Below, piece by piece: positions 63,574 through 64,000 of a DNA stretch of 64,000 nt. Position 1 is the first letter of the stretch. Each line of letters starts with the position of its first letter. The notes below the pieces were generated by a model. It was not told the origin of the DNA. It ran no database searches and saw nothing but the letters and a program-made list of their open reading frames with translations. Both the position numbers and the translations under genes were made by a program. Source of the DNA: Octopus sinensis (lineage: Eukaryota); the NCBI RefSeq assembly GCF_006345805.1, contig NC_043009.1:55676001-55740000 (forward strand). The letters run 5' to 3'.

Positions 63574-64000
63574 TTAAAAGCCTTCTGACCATGACTATCC
63601 TAGCTTTTCTCAGACATGTATGTAGGACTGCATAGTCCAATGCATCCTGTCTTTCTGGTTTTAAAATAGAAGTACTGTGTCATTTGAGGGCAAGTTAACT
63701 GTTATATCAGGTGAGCACAAAGAGGCTCTTTTTGTCAGCTCAAATGTTATAAATGTGAGAGACAGCTACTTATAGCTGAATTTAACTGTGACATGCATCA
63801 TCAGGTGATGATGTTTTGAAATGTTGTAACCTGTAATTAGTGCCATGTTGTGTGGGTCTATGGTTAAAAATGACCCTGGCCTCCTTCATAACATGCTGTG
63901 TTCAGTGCTGTGACTATTGTCAAGACATGGTTCAGTTCTTCTCCATAACATGCGTTGAGACTGAGTGCCTTGTTGTATGTGTCTATCATATGACATGATC

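Overview
AT-rich eukaryotic DNA, almost entirely intronic or intergenic. It is dense in compound microsatellites and several recurrent tRNA-derived SINE families. This repeat landscape is most consistent with an octopod cephalopod (Octopus); that assignment is recognition of repeat families, not a database result. No long intact ORF is present. Recognisable coding remnants are all transposon-derived: RTE endonuclease and RT fragments, an RTE/BovB-type 3' end, a CRE-like and an R4/Dong-like restriction-like endonuclease, and a mariner DD34D transposase. Non-autonomous DNA elements with clear termini or TSDs include a Helitron, hAT, MULE-like, piggyBac-like and mariner MITEs. A host gene probably starts on the minus strand near 54.1 kb (ATG exon MATPEKSKES with a GTAAGT donor, in a CpG-rich zone). 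It may continue leftward through small exons, including a 41-nt exon present in two 95%-identical copies. A few plus-strand exon candidates also exist; no product could be named. The most unusual signals are (i) about eight local fold-back/inverted duplications, several copying non-repeat flanks, (ii) the duplicated, possibly mutually exclusive exon, (iii) hammerhead-like cores in Penelope-like termini, and (iv) a 28-nt candidate exon inside an old inverted repeat. All exon calls were made by eye and need RNA-seq.
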